Below are positions 51,274-61,573 of a DNA stretch of 64,000 nucleotides, one piece after another. This DNA is from an uncultured Nitrososphaerota archaeon (GTDB lineage: Archaea; Thermoproteota; Nitrososphaeria; Nitrososphaerales; Gagatemarchaeaceae), in the NCBI GenBank assembly GCA_963718895.1, contig CAVRAG010000008.1, forward strand, positions 256,001 through 320,000. Direction: 5' to 3'. The notes under the pieces were generated by a model. That model had not been told where the DNA came from, did not search any database, and saw nothing but the letters and a program-made list of their open reading frames with translations. Made by a program: the position numbers and the translations under genes. Each line of letters starts with the position of its first letter. Position 1 is the stretch's first letter.

Positions 51274-53046
51274 CTAGGCCCAGGGGTTCTCGGATGAAGC
51301 GTTCGAGCCCGAGATGCGCCCGAAGGCTATCATCTGTGCGTTGTTCGCTCCGAGAGAGAGCATCCCGTCGGTCGAGCCGTTCTCGCCCGCCGCGTATAGA
51401 CGCGGGATTGGGTTATTGTCTGCGTCGCAGATCTGGCCCTTCTCGTTGCGGACCGGACCTCCGAAGGCGCTCGGACCGCCCGGCCAGAGCGGCATCGCGT
51501 AGAACGGAGGAGACACGATCGGGATTAGCGCGGACTTTGGCCTGCCGAACTGGGTATCGACGCCAGAAGAGCAGAAGCCGTTGTAGTTGTTGAGGGTCGC
51601 CTGAAGGGTGGCGGGGTTGATGTTGACCGCCGTGTTGGCCGCTGGACTGCTGTTGTTGGTGCCCGGGGTCATTCCGACGTAGGCAGTGCTGTTCATCGCC
51701 GCGACCAGTGTCGGTACGTCCTTGCCCGACTGTATCCAGCCTCTTGCGATCTCTGAGCTGTTGTCCGAACTCCACGCCGGGCGTGGGTCGAGATACACCG
51801 GAAGTTGGCCGTTTGAGCCGCTGGTGATCGCCCCCGCCTTCCTGCAGGTCTCATCAAATATGATGAAACTCGGGATGCGGGTGTACTGAGGCACAGTGAG
51901 GTCGAAGTCAGACAGCTTGATCCACCAGTTGTGCGAGTACGTCGAAATCTCAGTCTCGTCAGCGTAGCGGTTCCCGTACTTGTCGACGTAGATCCACCCG
52001 TGCTGTGACGGGGCGCAGGTGCTGAACGCAATTGGATACTGAGGGAACCAGGGGACCATGCGAGCCGACATGGCGCCCATGTGCCACATGGCCGCGCCGA
52101 CCTTGGACGCCATCGTGACGCTGTCGCCTGTGCAGAACTGCCACCCGTAGAAGTGGGCGGGATAGACCCTCATGTTGTCCGCCTTCAAGGTCTCGTTGTA
52201 TTCGATGCTTCCCGTTGTGAGGACCACTCCCCTCTTCGCCTGTATGTTGAGCACCTCGCTGTTGTTGGCCATCGCCTGGACTCCGAGAATCTCTCCTGTA
52301 GTCGGGTCTTGGAACAGGTCAGTGGCCGGCGTGTTGAAGAGGATGGGTATGTTTCTTTTCTGGACGAGCGCGTCGAGTTGCTGGAAGAAGACGTTGCCGC
52401 TTGCCAGGGACATCCCCCCGAAGCCCAGCGCTCCGCCGGGAAGGTTCGGGAACTCACCCGTGGTTGAGCTCGTGGTGTACTTGATTCCCATCTGAGTGAG
52501 CCAAGCGGGGTTCTCGACCTCCATCCAGGCGAGAGCCTCGCAGACCGCCATAGGGGTGTTTCCCCAGGACTGCTGGTAGATGTAATTCGCCCCGTTCAAC
52601 GGATCTTTGACGTAGGTGGCGTTGCCGGCGTTCATGGAGGTGTTGCCGCCGCCGCCCGTGATGGTGGGGTTGGCGACCCCGAGCGCGGCGTAACTGGGCG
52701 TCTTCTCGAGCACGAGGACGTTGGCTCCGGCGTCATAGGCGGTGATTGCGGTGACGGCTCCTGCCCCTCCGTAGCCTACCACGACCACGTCTGCAACCTG
52801 GGACCAATTCTCCGGCAGCGGGAGAGGAGCGGCTCTGCTGATGACCCTGCTGACCTTTCTAGTGCCCCTTACCTCGGCTATTCCCCTGGCGGACGCTGCG
52901 CCAAGCGCTGATGAAGCGAACTGTGGTTTGAGGGCGGAGGCAGCAATTGTGGTGCCTCCGATTGCCGCTGCTCCAATGGCAGCGGTACCCAAGAAGCTCC
53001 TTCTTGAGACCCTGACGTCCTTGAAGCTGCTCTTATCCTGAGTCAT
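51274..53046 (-). CDS. Tat-signal FAD_binding_2 flavoprotein, flavocytochrome c / ketosteroid dehydrogenase-like (copy 1)
   Basis: SRRSFLG, DVVVVGYGGAG, VLEK, GGNT, IPRLYAAGE, AFGRISG. No CxxCH motif. Confidence 0.88.
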   Translation of the reverse strand: MTQDKSSFKDVRVSRRSFLGTAAIGAAAIGGTTIAASALKPQFASSALGAASARGIAEVRGTRKVSRVISRAAPLPLPENWSQVADVVVVGYGGAGAVTAITAYDAGANVLVLEKTPSYAALGVANPTITGGGGNTSMNAGNATYVKDPLNGANYIYQQSWGNTPMAVCEALAWMEVENPAWLTQMGIKYTTSSTTGEFPNLPGGALGFGGMSLASGNVFFQQLDALVQKRNIPILFNTPATDLFQDPTTGEILGVQAMANNSEVLNIQAKRGVVLTTGSIEYNETLKADNMRVYPAHFYGWQFCTGDSVTMASKVGAAMWHMGAMSARMVPWFPQYPIAFSTCAPSQHGWIYVDKYGNRYADETEISTYSHNWWIKLSDFDLTVPQYTRIPSFIIFDETCRKAGAITSGSNGQLPVYLDPRPAWSSDNSSEIARGWIQSGKDVPTLVAAMNSTAYVGMTPGTNNSSPAANTAVNINPATLQATLNNYNGFCSSGVDTQFGRPKSALIPIVSPPFYAMPLWPGGPSAFGGPVRNEKGQICDADNNPIPRLYAAGENGSTDGMLSLGANNAQMIAFGRISGSNASSENPWA

Positions 53047-53085
53047 GTGTGGCGACCCACGAGAGGCGTTATTAAGACGAGAATA

Positions 53086-53107
53086 CGATTCTCACGTTTG
53101 AGAATCG
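53086..53107. promoter_or_regulatory. Operator TTCTCA-N4-TGAGAA, site 1
   Basis: CGATTCTCA-CGTT-TGAGAATCG, perfect 9-bp arms, just upstream of the TATA box. Confidence 0.75.
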
Positions 53108-53236
53108 CCGGCAAAGTCGGACCGTCATTGGAGGGGCTGCGACCGGCGAGCGGGACCGGCGAGGAAGCGGAAAGTAACAATGGTCGAGGACCTGGTCGGT
53201 GATCGGAGCGGACCGGATGCTGCCATCCGGTCCGTC

Positions 53237-54681
53237 TCACCAGTCGAGGTGAATGTCTTACGTCCGGGCTTCCCGTGCGAGAGTCCTGCCCGGGGCTGCC
53301 TCGCTGACGCTGCGGTAGCCCAGGCCCTGACACAGGCCTGGTAGAGGTCCTTCAGCGAGACCGGGTGAAGGGGTCGGGGCGAGGTCGAGCGCCCGGCCGT
53401 AGATGTGGGGGTTCTTGGGTAGGAGTCGCCGGCCGCCCTGTTCCTCTGCGGAGACCGGAAGCCGGAGACGACACGGAGCGCTCCGCGGGACTCCCCCGAA
53501 CTCCTGGCTGACCCTGTCGAAGGCGGCCTGCATGCCACCATCTACGACCAATTCGTAGTTCCCGATGTTGAAAGACCGGTCGACCGGATGGGCCAAGCAG
53601 TCGCTCCTCGGGGGGATGACGCTCTCGTTGTGGTCGATGTACTCCTGCCTCAGGAGGTCGACGTCGTCCTGGACAAGGATGAAGTGTTGTTCGATGCCCT
53701 CGAACGCCGCTGAGACGTCGTACTGAAGAGGGCGGTTGCGGAAGTGGTTGACCCGTCGTTTGGGCGCGCCCCGGGATCTGGCTGGAAGCGAAGGTCATGC
53801 TCTCGGGCGCCTGGTTGGGAACCCCGCTCCCACTGAACGGGCCCATCCCTTTGACATGCCACGCGATCAAGTTCGCCCATCCTGATTCGACGTACAGTCA
53901 CCCCCGGGATCACAATGCGAAGACTGATGGAGTCAGTGGAAACGAACAAGTGGCGGCCGTCGGACGCGGTCGTCCCGTTCGATGTTGAACGATGGGATTA
54001 GCGTGAACGTCCAAATCGTGGTTCGAATCCCCAATCCAGCCTCGTCTTGGAACGATCTGGGTGACTGTCTGCGGTTCGGGGTCCTTGAGATCGATGAAGA
54101 GGCGCTTGAACTCATTCAGACCAGTCTGGGGGAGGCTGTGGACCATGAGGAGATCGGCTTCGTTTCCTGCGGGAATGAGTGTCGCAGTGGGAGCCTTCAT
54201 CACATCGAGGATGGTCGGGGCGTCGTCGGTCCACGGCATCTCCCAGCCCCACGCAGACCGGGGAGCCTGCCAACCCCAGTTCAGCTTCGTCGAGAAGGGT
54301 CGTGGTACGGGCATCGCGCCTTGGGTGCCAACTCCTGGAGCGGTCTCCATCCCCTTTGCATCCACTCCCGAGCTACGTACAACGATGGTCATGGTCTCAG
54401 CCTAGGGGGTGATAAAGTCCCCCCACGGTCCACTGTGCGGTCCCATTCCCGGTTACCTGCAGTGTGGGGGTCGTGGCTTGGACGTCGAATACGCCTACCA
54501 TCCTTCCCGCGACAGAATTCTGCGGAATCACCGGAACTCCAGCCTTCTGAGTAGGGGCGCGCGAGAGGAAGACGTTGAACACAAGGCTGCCCTTGAAATT
54601 GAAGGAGACCGAGGTTTGGCCAGCGATCCCGCTCGTTGCCGTCACCATCGCGCTCCAAGTGCTGGAGATGTCCAAGGCCAT
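53237..54681 (-). pseudogene. M15-type zinc peptidase gene, multiply frameshifted (copy A)
   Basis: Pieces in several frames: VVSGFRSPQRN, PKNPHIYGRALDL, HIHLDW*; colinear with 57779..59193. Confidence 0.75.
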
Positions 54682-55262
54682 AGATCTCTTTTTCGCGAAA
54701 GACCTTTTTTGGCTATTTAAGAGTGGGGTTCCGGACAGAGAGGTGCGTGGGACGGCTGGAGGCCGTTTCGGTTCACCGACGATGACTGGTCCGGGTGCAC
54801 CTTAGACCGCGCGCTAGCAGATACCGCACCCCGTCCGACCTGCTGGGTGAACTGACCACTAGACTAAATGAAAAAGGAGAAGCCAAACCCGTCGTGGAGA
54901 TTAGGTCGTGCCCCCTTTGGCAGGGCGTCTGAATTCGCTTCACCTGTTGACCTCCCGAGCTCGGGCCCTTTCGTCGCTCCCGGTCCACAATGCGGCAAGC
55001 AGCCCTTGAGTGTCGTGATTTGCACCTCCGCGGTCGCCCGTCCCATGAAGATTTCCCAATGATGGCTTCCTATGAGGTCGTATTGCCTTTTCCGTCAAGG
55101 GTTGTCCGTAGAGGTCTCTCGACTGATTGTCAGAGAACACTCTTTTGAAAGACGGCGCCCACGGGCGTACTCAGGAACCGGACGGACTCGGGGTGCGTGG
55201 TCTCGCCACACGGAAAAAGAAAGGAAGGAAGCTCCCGAGAAGGAGGCAGCTGCAAAGCAAGT

Positions 55263-57231
55263 CTAGGACGTAGGCCAGTTGTAGGGCGCTTCGTTGGCGG
55301 CGTTGTTTCCGCTATGCGGCCGAAGGCGATGCTTTCGCCGTTGTTGCCACCGCCTTGGTACAGGAACCCCAACGGATCCGCACTCTCCGCCGCCGTACAG
55401 CCTGGGTATGGGGTTGTAGTCGGGGTCACGAATGTGACCGAACTGGTCACGAATCGGACCGCCGTTGGTGTTTGGCCCTGCTGGCGAAGAGCGAGTGCTC
55501 GTCCGCGGAATGCTCAAAGACCAGGGTCGCCGCACTAGTTCCGAAGACTGTATCGCCCTTGCCAGCCGCTACGTCGGCGTTGAACTTGCTCACGGCGGCG
55601 GTCAGGTTGGCAGCGCTGAAGTGTGGGCAGTTTGTGCCTCCGGGGAGGCTTACGTTGTCCATGCTCTCGTAGCTTTCCCAGCCTGCTGGGACTGCCATTC
55701 CCTGGTTCGAACCGTAGATTGTCGCTGCAGCGATGTTTGCCGGCTAGGGTTGGTAGGTCTGCGCCCTGAATGATCCATCCCGCAGCAATCTCTGCCTGGG
55801 TTGTTGTTGCTCATGGCGTTCCATACGCCGAACCAGAAAAGGCCGCAGAAGCCAGTGCTCCCGTGCCTCCGAGCTGCGTTGGAAGGGCGTTGATGCCGGT
55901 GCCATAGACCAGCTGGGTCGAGCTGGATGTAGTCGACGTGGTAGTCGTGGTCGTTGTGGTCTGTTCCGGCTTGGGGGACTCCTTGCCCCACCGATCCTAG
56001 AACGTGGAAGTTCGGCTCCGCCTTCTGGCTGCGTTGTTCCGGTGCTGTCGAAGATCAGCATGGTCGGAACACGGGAATGCTCCCATACTGGAAGTTCCAA
56101 TCGACCACGGCTTGCCAAGTGCTGTGGCTCGGAAGACCAGTCTCGTTAGCGAACCGGTTGCCGTACCTGTCGGTCCAGATATAGGCGTTAGTCGGGTGGT
56201 GCTGCGCCGAAGCCGTGTTGTAGGTCGGAATTCAGGGCGAAAGGCGTCCTAGGTCGAGTTCATGTGCCAGAGACCGGCCCCCGCCTTCATCGCCATTCGA
56301 CTGGATCACGAGCGCTGCATTGCCAGCCGCCGAAGTGGTAGGGAGCCATCTTGAGGTAGTTCAGCTTCATGGTTGCGTCGAATTCAATCCTCCCGTGGTG
56401 ATGATGACCGCCTTGTTGGCCTGGATATGTTCACCGTTTGGCTCAGTTCTGAAGCGCCCGGACGCCAATCGCCTCGCCTGTGTTGGGGTCCTGAATCACC
56501 TTGGTCCCCTGGTGTGAACAAGAGAGGAACGTTCCTTGCTTGGACCGCTTTGTCCAACCCATAGAAGAATCCCATGCCGCTGTTCGTAGTTGTGCAGGTG
56601 GCAAAGCCGGTGTTGGCGTATGGAAAGTTAGGGTACTAGGGGTAGTTGTTGAGTAGGAGTATGGGATGTTAAAGCTGTCCAACCATGCCCGGTTCTGGAC
56701 CGACATCTCTGCCCATGCTTGGGAGACCTCCATCGGGGTACTACCGTAGCACATGTAGTTGTGCCAGCCTGCGCCCCCAATCGTCGTGAGTGGGAAGAAG
56801 ACCAGACCGCCGCATATGTGTGTGTTTGCCGCCGCCGCCCCGGATTTCAGTTTCTGCGTGCCCAGTGTTGGCAATCCCTAGGCTAGCCAGAGTGGGGTCT
56901 TTTCATAATGAGCACTCCGCCTGCATCATCCGCGGTGATCGTGTCAACAGCGCCTGTCCTCCAGAAATCGACGATCACGACGTCTGCTGAAGACTGCCAC
57001 GATGATGGAATGGTAACGCGGCCGCCTTGTAGCCCGCCGCTGGTCCTCCGCCGACGGCCGAGACGACGCCGGAAGTGCCTCCAAGCGTTGCGGCCGATGC
57101 GAGTCTGGGAGTGAGCGCGGAACGCCGTCGATCACGGTCCCCCCGATCGCCGCCGCTCCGATGGCGTCAACGCTCCGAGGAAGCGCCTCCTCGAGAGCTC
57201 GATGTCTTGGCTTTTTTTCGTCGCTAGTCAT
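55263..57231 (-). pseudogene. Decayed Tat FAD_binding_2 flavoprotein (copy 2)
   Basis: Fragments IGAAAIGG, NTHICGG, ARNVPLLF, GPNTNGGP, NPIPRLYGGGE, IAFGRI in shifting frames with many indels. Confidence 0.8.
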
Positions 57232-57273
57232 AAGTGTAGCGCGGCCTGCAGGCTTAAGAGAAAACGGGCACGT

Positions 57274-57289
57274 TTCTCAACTTTGAGAA
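57274..57289. promoter_or_regulatory. Operator TTCTCA-N4-TGAGAA, site 2
   Basis: TTCTCA-ACTT-TGAGAA upstream of the 57231 start. Confidence 0.7.
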
Positions 57290-57334
57290 CAGGAATCCGT
57301 CCGAGGTAAAACCCCTACTTGCGCTAGCGCACAC

Positions 57335-57727
57335 CTAGACCTCAAACCGACAGCCTGATGTTCTGATTGAAGCGGAAAAAGCTTGGTCTGGTCGCCCTTG
57401 TCCCTCAGCGCTGTCAACCTGCTGAGGCTTCTGTTCCGCATGCCACTCCCTGTCCTCGCCCTCTTCGTCCATGAAATTCACGGAGGCTCCCCGTCGAGAA
57501 CATGCCCACGACGGCGAAAGAATTCCATCGACCAATCGATGTGCTTCTGGTTCTCTCTCGATGGTCCACGTGGAAGTTAGGTTGACGGTGAATGGTGCGT
57601 CGCGATAGCTGTATGATATGGAAAGGTCTACGGGCATAGCTGAGGCTCCTCCTAGCCGTGAGGTGTGGATGGCTGACAGAGGCGACGTGACCTTCGACCC
57701 GGACTCCAGGATGGTGCCAATCGCCGA
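57335..57727 (-). pseudogene. C-terminal fragment of a BBE-family FAD oxidoreductase
   Basis: [10 protein letters not shown]...PVDLSISYSYRDAPF...VNFMDEEGE matches the end of 49659..51080. Confidence 0.78.
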
Positions 57728-57778
57728 GCATTTGATGCATGAGGAGAGTGGGCCCGAGTCTGCCCATCTTGACCCGCC

Positions 57779-59193
57779 TCACCAGTCGATGTGCACGTGC
57801 TTCGCGTCCGGGCTTCCCGGTGGGACAGCTTTGCCCGGGGCTGCCTCGCAGACGCTGTGGTAGCCGGCCCTGACGCAGGCCTGGTAGAGTACCTCCAGCG
57901 CCGATGGGCTGGAAGGGTCAGGGGCAAGGTCGAGGGCCCGGCCGTAGACGTGTGGGTTCTTCGGATGGAAGTCACCGGTCGCCATGTTCCTCTGGGGAGA
58001 CCGGAAGCCGGAGACGACGCGGAGCGAACCGCGGGGTTCCCTCCCGTACTCCAGGCCAATCCTGTCGAAGGCGGCCTGCATCCCGCCGTCGACGACCAAT
58101 TCGTAATTCCCGATATTGAAGGACTTGTCGACCGCATGAGCGATGAAGTCGCTCCTCGGAGGCACGACGCTCTCGCCGTGGTCGATGTACTCCTGCCTCA
58201 GGAGGTCGACGTCGTCCTGGACGAGGATGAAGTGTTGTTCGATGCCCTCGAACGCCGCTGAGACATCATACTGGAGCGGCCTATTGCGGACGGTCGACCC
58301 GTCGGTCGGGCGCGTCCCGGGGTTGGGCTTGAACGCGAAGGTCATGCTGCAGACGTGTGGTCGGGGACCCCGCTCCCGCTGAACGGGCCCATCGCCTTCA
58401 CCTGCCACGAGGTCAACCTCGCCCAGCCCGACTCTGGCACCGTCACGCCCGGGATCGCAAGGCGAAGGCTGATAGAGTCGGTCGAGACGAACGAGTAGCG
58501 ACCGGCCGGTCCACGGTCATCCCGCTCGATGTTGAATTGCGGGATAAGCGCGAAGGTCCAGGTAGTGGTCCGGGTCCCCAGGCCGGCCTCGTCCTCGAAC
58601 GTCTGTGTTATGGTCTGGGGTTCGGGGTCCTTGAGGTCTATCGAGACGTGTTTGAACTCCTTTATGCCTGTCTGGGGCAGGCTGTGCACCACGACGAGGT
58701 CGACCTCGCGTTCGGATGGGATTACCGGCACCGCTGGAGGCGACATCACGTTGAGCACGGTCGAAGGGTCCTCAGGTCTCGGAGCAGGCCAACCCCAATT
58801 GAAAGCGGTTGAGAAGGGCTGGGCTACGGGTGTGGCGCCATGCGCTACATCCGCCAATAGAGTCTGCAGGCCCTTCGCCTCGGCTCCCGAGCTACGGATC
58901 GCGATGCTTATCGATTCGGTCACAGGGTCGAAGGTTCCCGCCAAGGTCCATCCCGCGGTCCCTTCCCCTCTCATCTGCATGGTCTCGGTAGTGACCTCGA
59001 GGTCGAAAGTCCCGACCATCCTTCCGGCGACGGAGTTCGCCGGGATGACGGACTCTTCCGGCTGAGGATCGGGGCCTAGTGCAACAAACACAGTGAACGC
59101 CAGACTTCCCTCAAAGCTGAAGGAGACCGAATTCTTGCCGCTTATAGAACTGGTCGCGATTGCTTTGGCAGCCCAAGGGCTTAGAATCTCCAA
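57779..59193 (-). CDS. Beta-rich protein with a C-terminal M15 (Hedgehog/DD-peptidase) zinc domain (copy B; one frameshift near 58352)
   Basis: SGFRSPQRN, HVYGRALD (H-x6-D), HVHIDW (H-x-H). About 470 aa when joined. Confidence 0.75.
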
Positions 59194-59400
59194 GATCGTG
59201 AGTCTCCATTCAGGGGAACGATTTTTCGATATTTAAGAGAGGAGCTTCGCAGATGGAGTGGCGCCTAGTGCATTTCAAGTTTCGGCCAAAGAAGAGTGCA
59301 ATCCCGTGACGGCTGCACGCCAAACGATGACGAAAATAGAGGTGTGAAGGTTTGGGCTCGTCTGCGAACGCGGAAGAATCGGAGTCGCCGGGAGACGCCG

Positions 59401-59440
59401 AAAGTAGAGAGGAGAGGAAGCTCCATTCTCAGGAGCTTCC
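59401..59440 (-). terminator. Hairpin plus pyrimidine tract after flavoprotein 3
   Basis: GGAAGCTCC-N7-GGAGCTTCC (59416-59440). Confidence 0.55.
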
Positions 59441-59451
59441 CACCACTGAGC

Positions 59452-61293
59452 CTACGATGTCCAGGGAGTTTCGGCTGCTGCGTTGGTCCCGGCGATGCGC
59501 CCGAAGGCGATCAGCTCGCAGATGTCGCCCCCGCCCGTTGGGTAAAGGAACCCATAGACGGAGCCGTTCTCGCCGTTGCCGTATAGCCTCGGAATCGGGT
59601 TGTCGTAGGGGTCGGTAATCTGCGATTTCGCGTTGCGCTGAAGTCCGCCCTGGGTGTTCGGTCCTCCTACCCAAAGTGGGAGCGCATAGTACGGAGGCGT
59701 CTGCAGCGGGGCCATCGTCAGGGCGGTCCGCTGGAAGAGCGTGTCGCCCTTGCCTGCGGCGCAGTCCACGTTGTACTGGTTCACAGCTGCTATCAGGTTG
59801 GCCGAGGAGAAGTTGGGCGCGTTGGTTCCATCGGGTATGGTGACCGTGTCCATGCTCTCGGCGGCGTTCCAGCTCGGTGGAACGGTCATCCCCTGGTTCG
59901 AGCCGATGATATTCCATTTTGCGATGTTCGCGGCCAGCGTGGGGAGATCTGGTCCGGACATGATCCATCCAGCAGCTATCTCAGTGGCGTTGTTCGAGCT
60001 CCAGGGAGTTCCAGGTGACGAGCCGGCACCGAGTACTCCTCCAAGCTGGACTGGAGTCGAAGTGGGGCCTCCGGATGCAACAGGGCCTTTCTGGCAATAG
60101 GTGTTGTCGAAGATTACGAAGGATGGAAGGTTGGTGTACTCGCCGACGACCAGGTTGAAGCCGTTCATTGCGCACCATCCGCTGTGGGATGGGTAGCCGC
60201 TTTCGTTCAGGAAGCGCTGGCCGTATCTGTTCACCCAGATGTAGTTGTTGGTGGGGTTGTTGTAGGACCATCCCTGGTTGAGCCTGGGTACCCAGGGCTC
60301 GGGGCGTCCGGACACCGCGTTCATGTGCCACAGGGCCGCTCCGACCTTCTGGCCCATCTTGATCCCGTCTCCGGTGTTGTACTGCCACCCGTAGAAGTGA
60401 TCGGGATAGGCCTTGAGGAATCTCACCTTCATGACGTCGTCGTACTCGAATCCTCCTGTGCAGATGATGACTCCCCGCTTGGCCTGGATGTTGAGAATCT
60501 GACTTCCACTCTGACTCGCCTGTACGCCTAGAATCTCACCGGTCGTCGGGTTCTGTATTAGGCCCGTGGCCCGGGTGTTGAAGAGCACAGGTATGTTCCT
60601 CTTCTGGACGAAGCCGTCCAGGAACTTGAAGAGCTGCTGGCCTTGCCCGTTCACGTTGTAGTTGCTGATCGAGGAATAGCCAGGGACGTTCGGGAACTCG
60701 CCGCTCATGCTGGCGAGAGTACAGGGGATGCCCATGGAGTCCAGCCACGCCTTGTTCTGGTTCGCCATCGTGCCCCAAGCTTCGCAGACGTCCATCGGAG
60801 TCGCGCCGAACGAGAGGCTGTACAGGTGCTGCGCTCCGGCCACCGGATCGGTGGGCCATACGCACAGCCCTCCAGAGATGTGGGTGTTCCCTCCCCCTCC
60901 GGAGATCTGGTCCGAGGCTTGCGTGCCGTTGGTGATCCCCAAACTTGCAAGGCTCGGCGTCTTCTCGAGTATCACCACGTTGGCTCCGGCATCATAGGCC
61001 GTGACGGCCGAAACCGCGCCCGCCCCTCCGTAACCTACCACGACCACGTCTGCGGACTGGGACCATGTCGTGGGAACTGGTATCGGGGCACCCTTGCTGA
61101 CCGACGACGCCCTATGAATCACTGAGACCTCACCCCTAGCGCCGGCGCTTGCTGCCGCCGACGCAAACCTAGGATTGAGAGAGGACGCGGCCACCGCCGT
61201 CCCTCCTACCGCAGCGGCTCCGACCACCGCAGTCCCCAAGAAGCTCCTTCTCGATAGCTTCAAGTTGCTGAGCTTTCCCTTATCATTAGTCAT
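59452..61293 (-). CDS. Tat-signal FAD_binding_2 flavoprotein (copy 3)
   Basis: SRRSFLG, DVVVVGYGGAG, GGNTHISGG, NTGDG, GGPNTQGGL, AFGRIAG. No CxxCH motif. Confidence 0.88.
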   Translation of the reverse strand: MTNDKGKLSNLKLSRRSFLGTAVVGAAAVGGTAVAASSLNPRFASAAASAGARGEVSVIHRASSVSKGAPIPVPTTWSQSADVVVVGYGGAGAVSAVTAYDAGANVVILEKTPSLASLGITNGTQASDQISGGGGNTHISGGLCVWPTDPVAGAQHLYSLSFGATPMDVCEAWGTMANQNKAWLDSMGIPCTLASMSGEFPNVPGYSSISNYNVNGQGQQLFKFLDGFVQKRNIPVLFNTRATGLIQNPTTGEILGVQASQSGSQILNIQAKRGVIICTGGFEYDDVMKVRFLKAYPDHFYGWQYNTGDGIKMGQKVGAALWHMNAVSGRPEPWVPRLNQGWSYNNPTNNYIWVNRYGQRFLNESGYPSHSGWCAMNGFNLVVGEYTNLPSFVIFDNTYCQKGPVASGGPTSTPVQLGGVLGAGSSPGTPWSSNNATEIAAGWIMSGPDLPTLAANIAKWNIIGSNQGMTVPPSWNAAESMDTVTIPDGTNAPNFSSANLIAAVNQYNVDCAAGKGDTLFQRTALTMAPLQTPPYYALPLWVGGPNTQGGLQRNAKSQITDPYDNPIPRLYGNGENGSVYGFLYPTGGGDICELIAFGRIAGTNAAAETPWTS

Positions 61294-61335
61294 AAACCAA
61301 AGTCCGCCTGTAGCGTTAATAAAGAACGTACACGA

Positions 61336-61351
61336 TTCTCAACTTTGAGAA
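61336..61351. promoter_or_regulatory. Operator TTCTCA-N4-TGAGAA, site 3
   Basis: TTCTCA-ACTT-TGAGAA upstream of TATA TTTATTAA. Confidence 0.75.
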
Positions 61352-61573
61352 CTCCTCGATTGATGGAATTCCCAGGCATCCTGAGCTGTGCAGACTTGGA
61401 ACTGGTCTAGACATGCCCGAATCAAGAATCAGGATGGCCGTGAGACTCCTCTCTTCCGAAATATTGAGAAAACAAGTGCGCCCCAAAGACCGTCCTTCAG
61501 ACACTTAGTCGTGTTAGCCGCCAGGAGGCTCCTAGCGGCCGACGCGATTGGTGTTCAACCCAGAGCGACTGCT

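Noticed and set aside
54020-54030. GGTTCGAATCC tRNA T-loop-like motif
   Set aside because: No complete T-stem or cloverleaf; it lies within the M15 copy A coding sequence.
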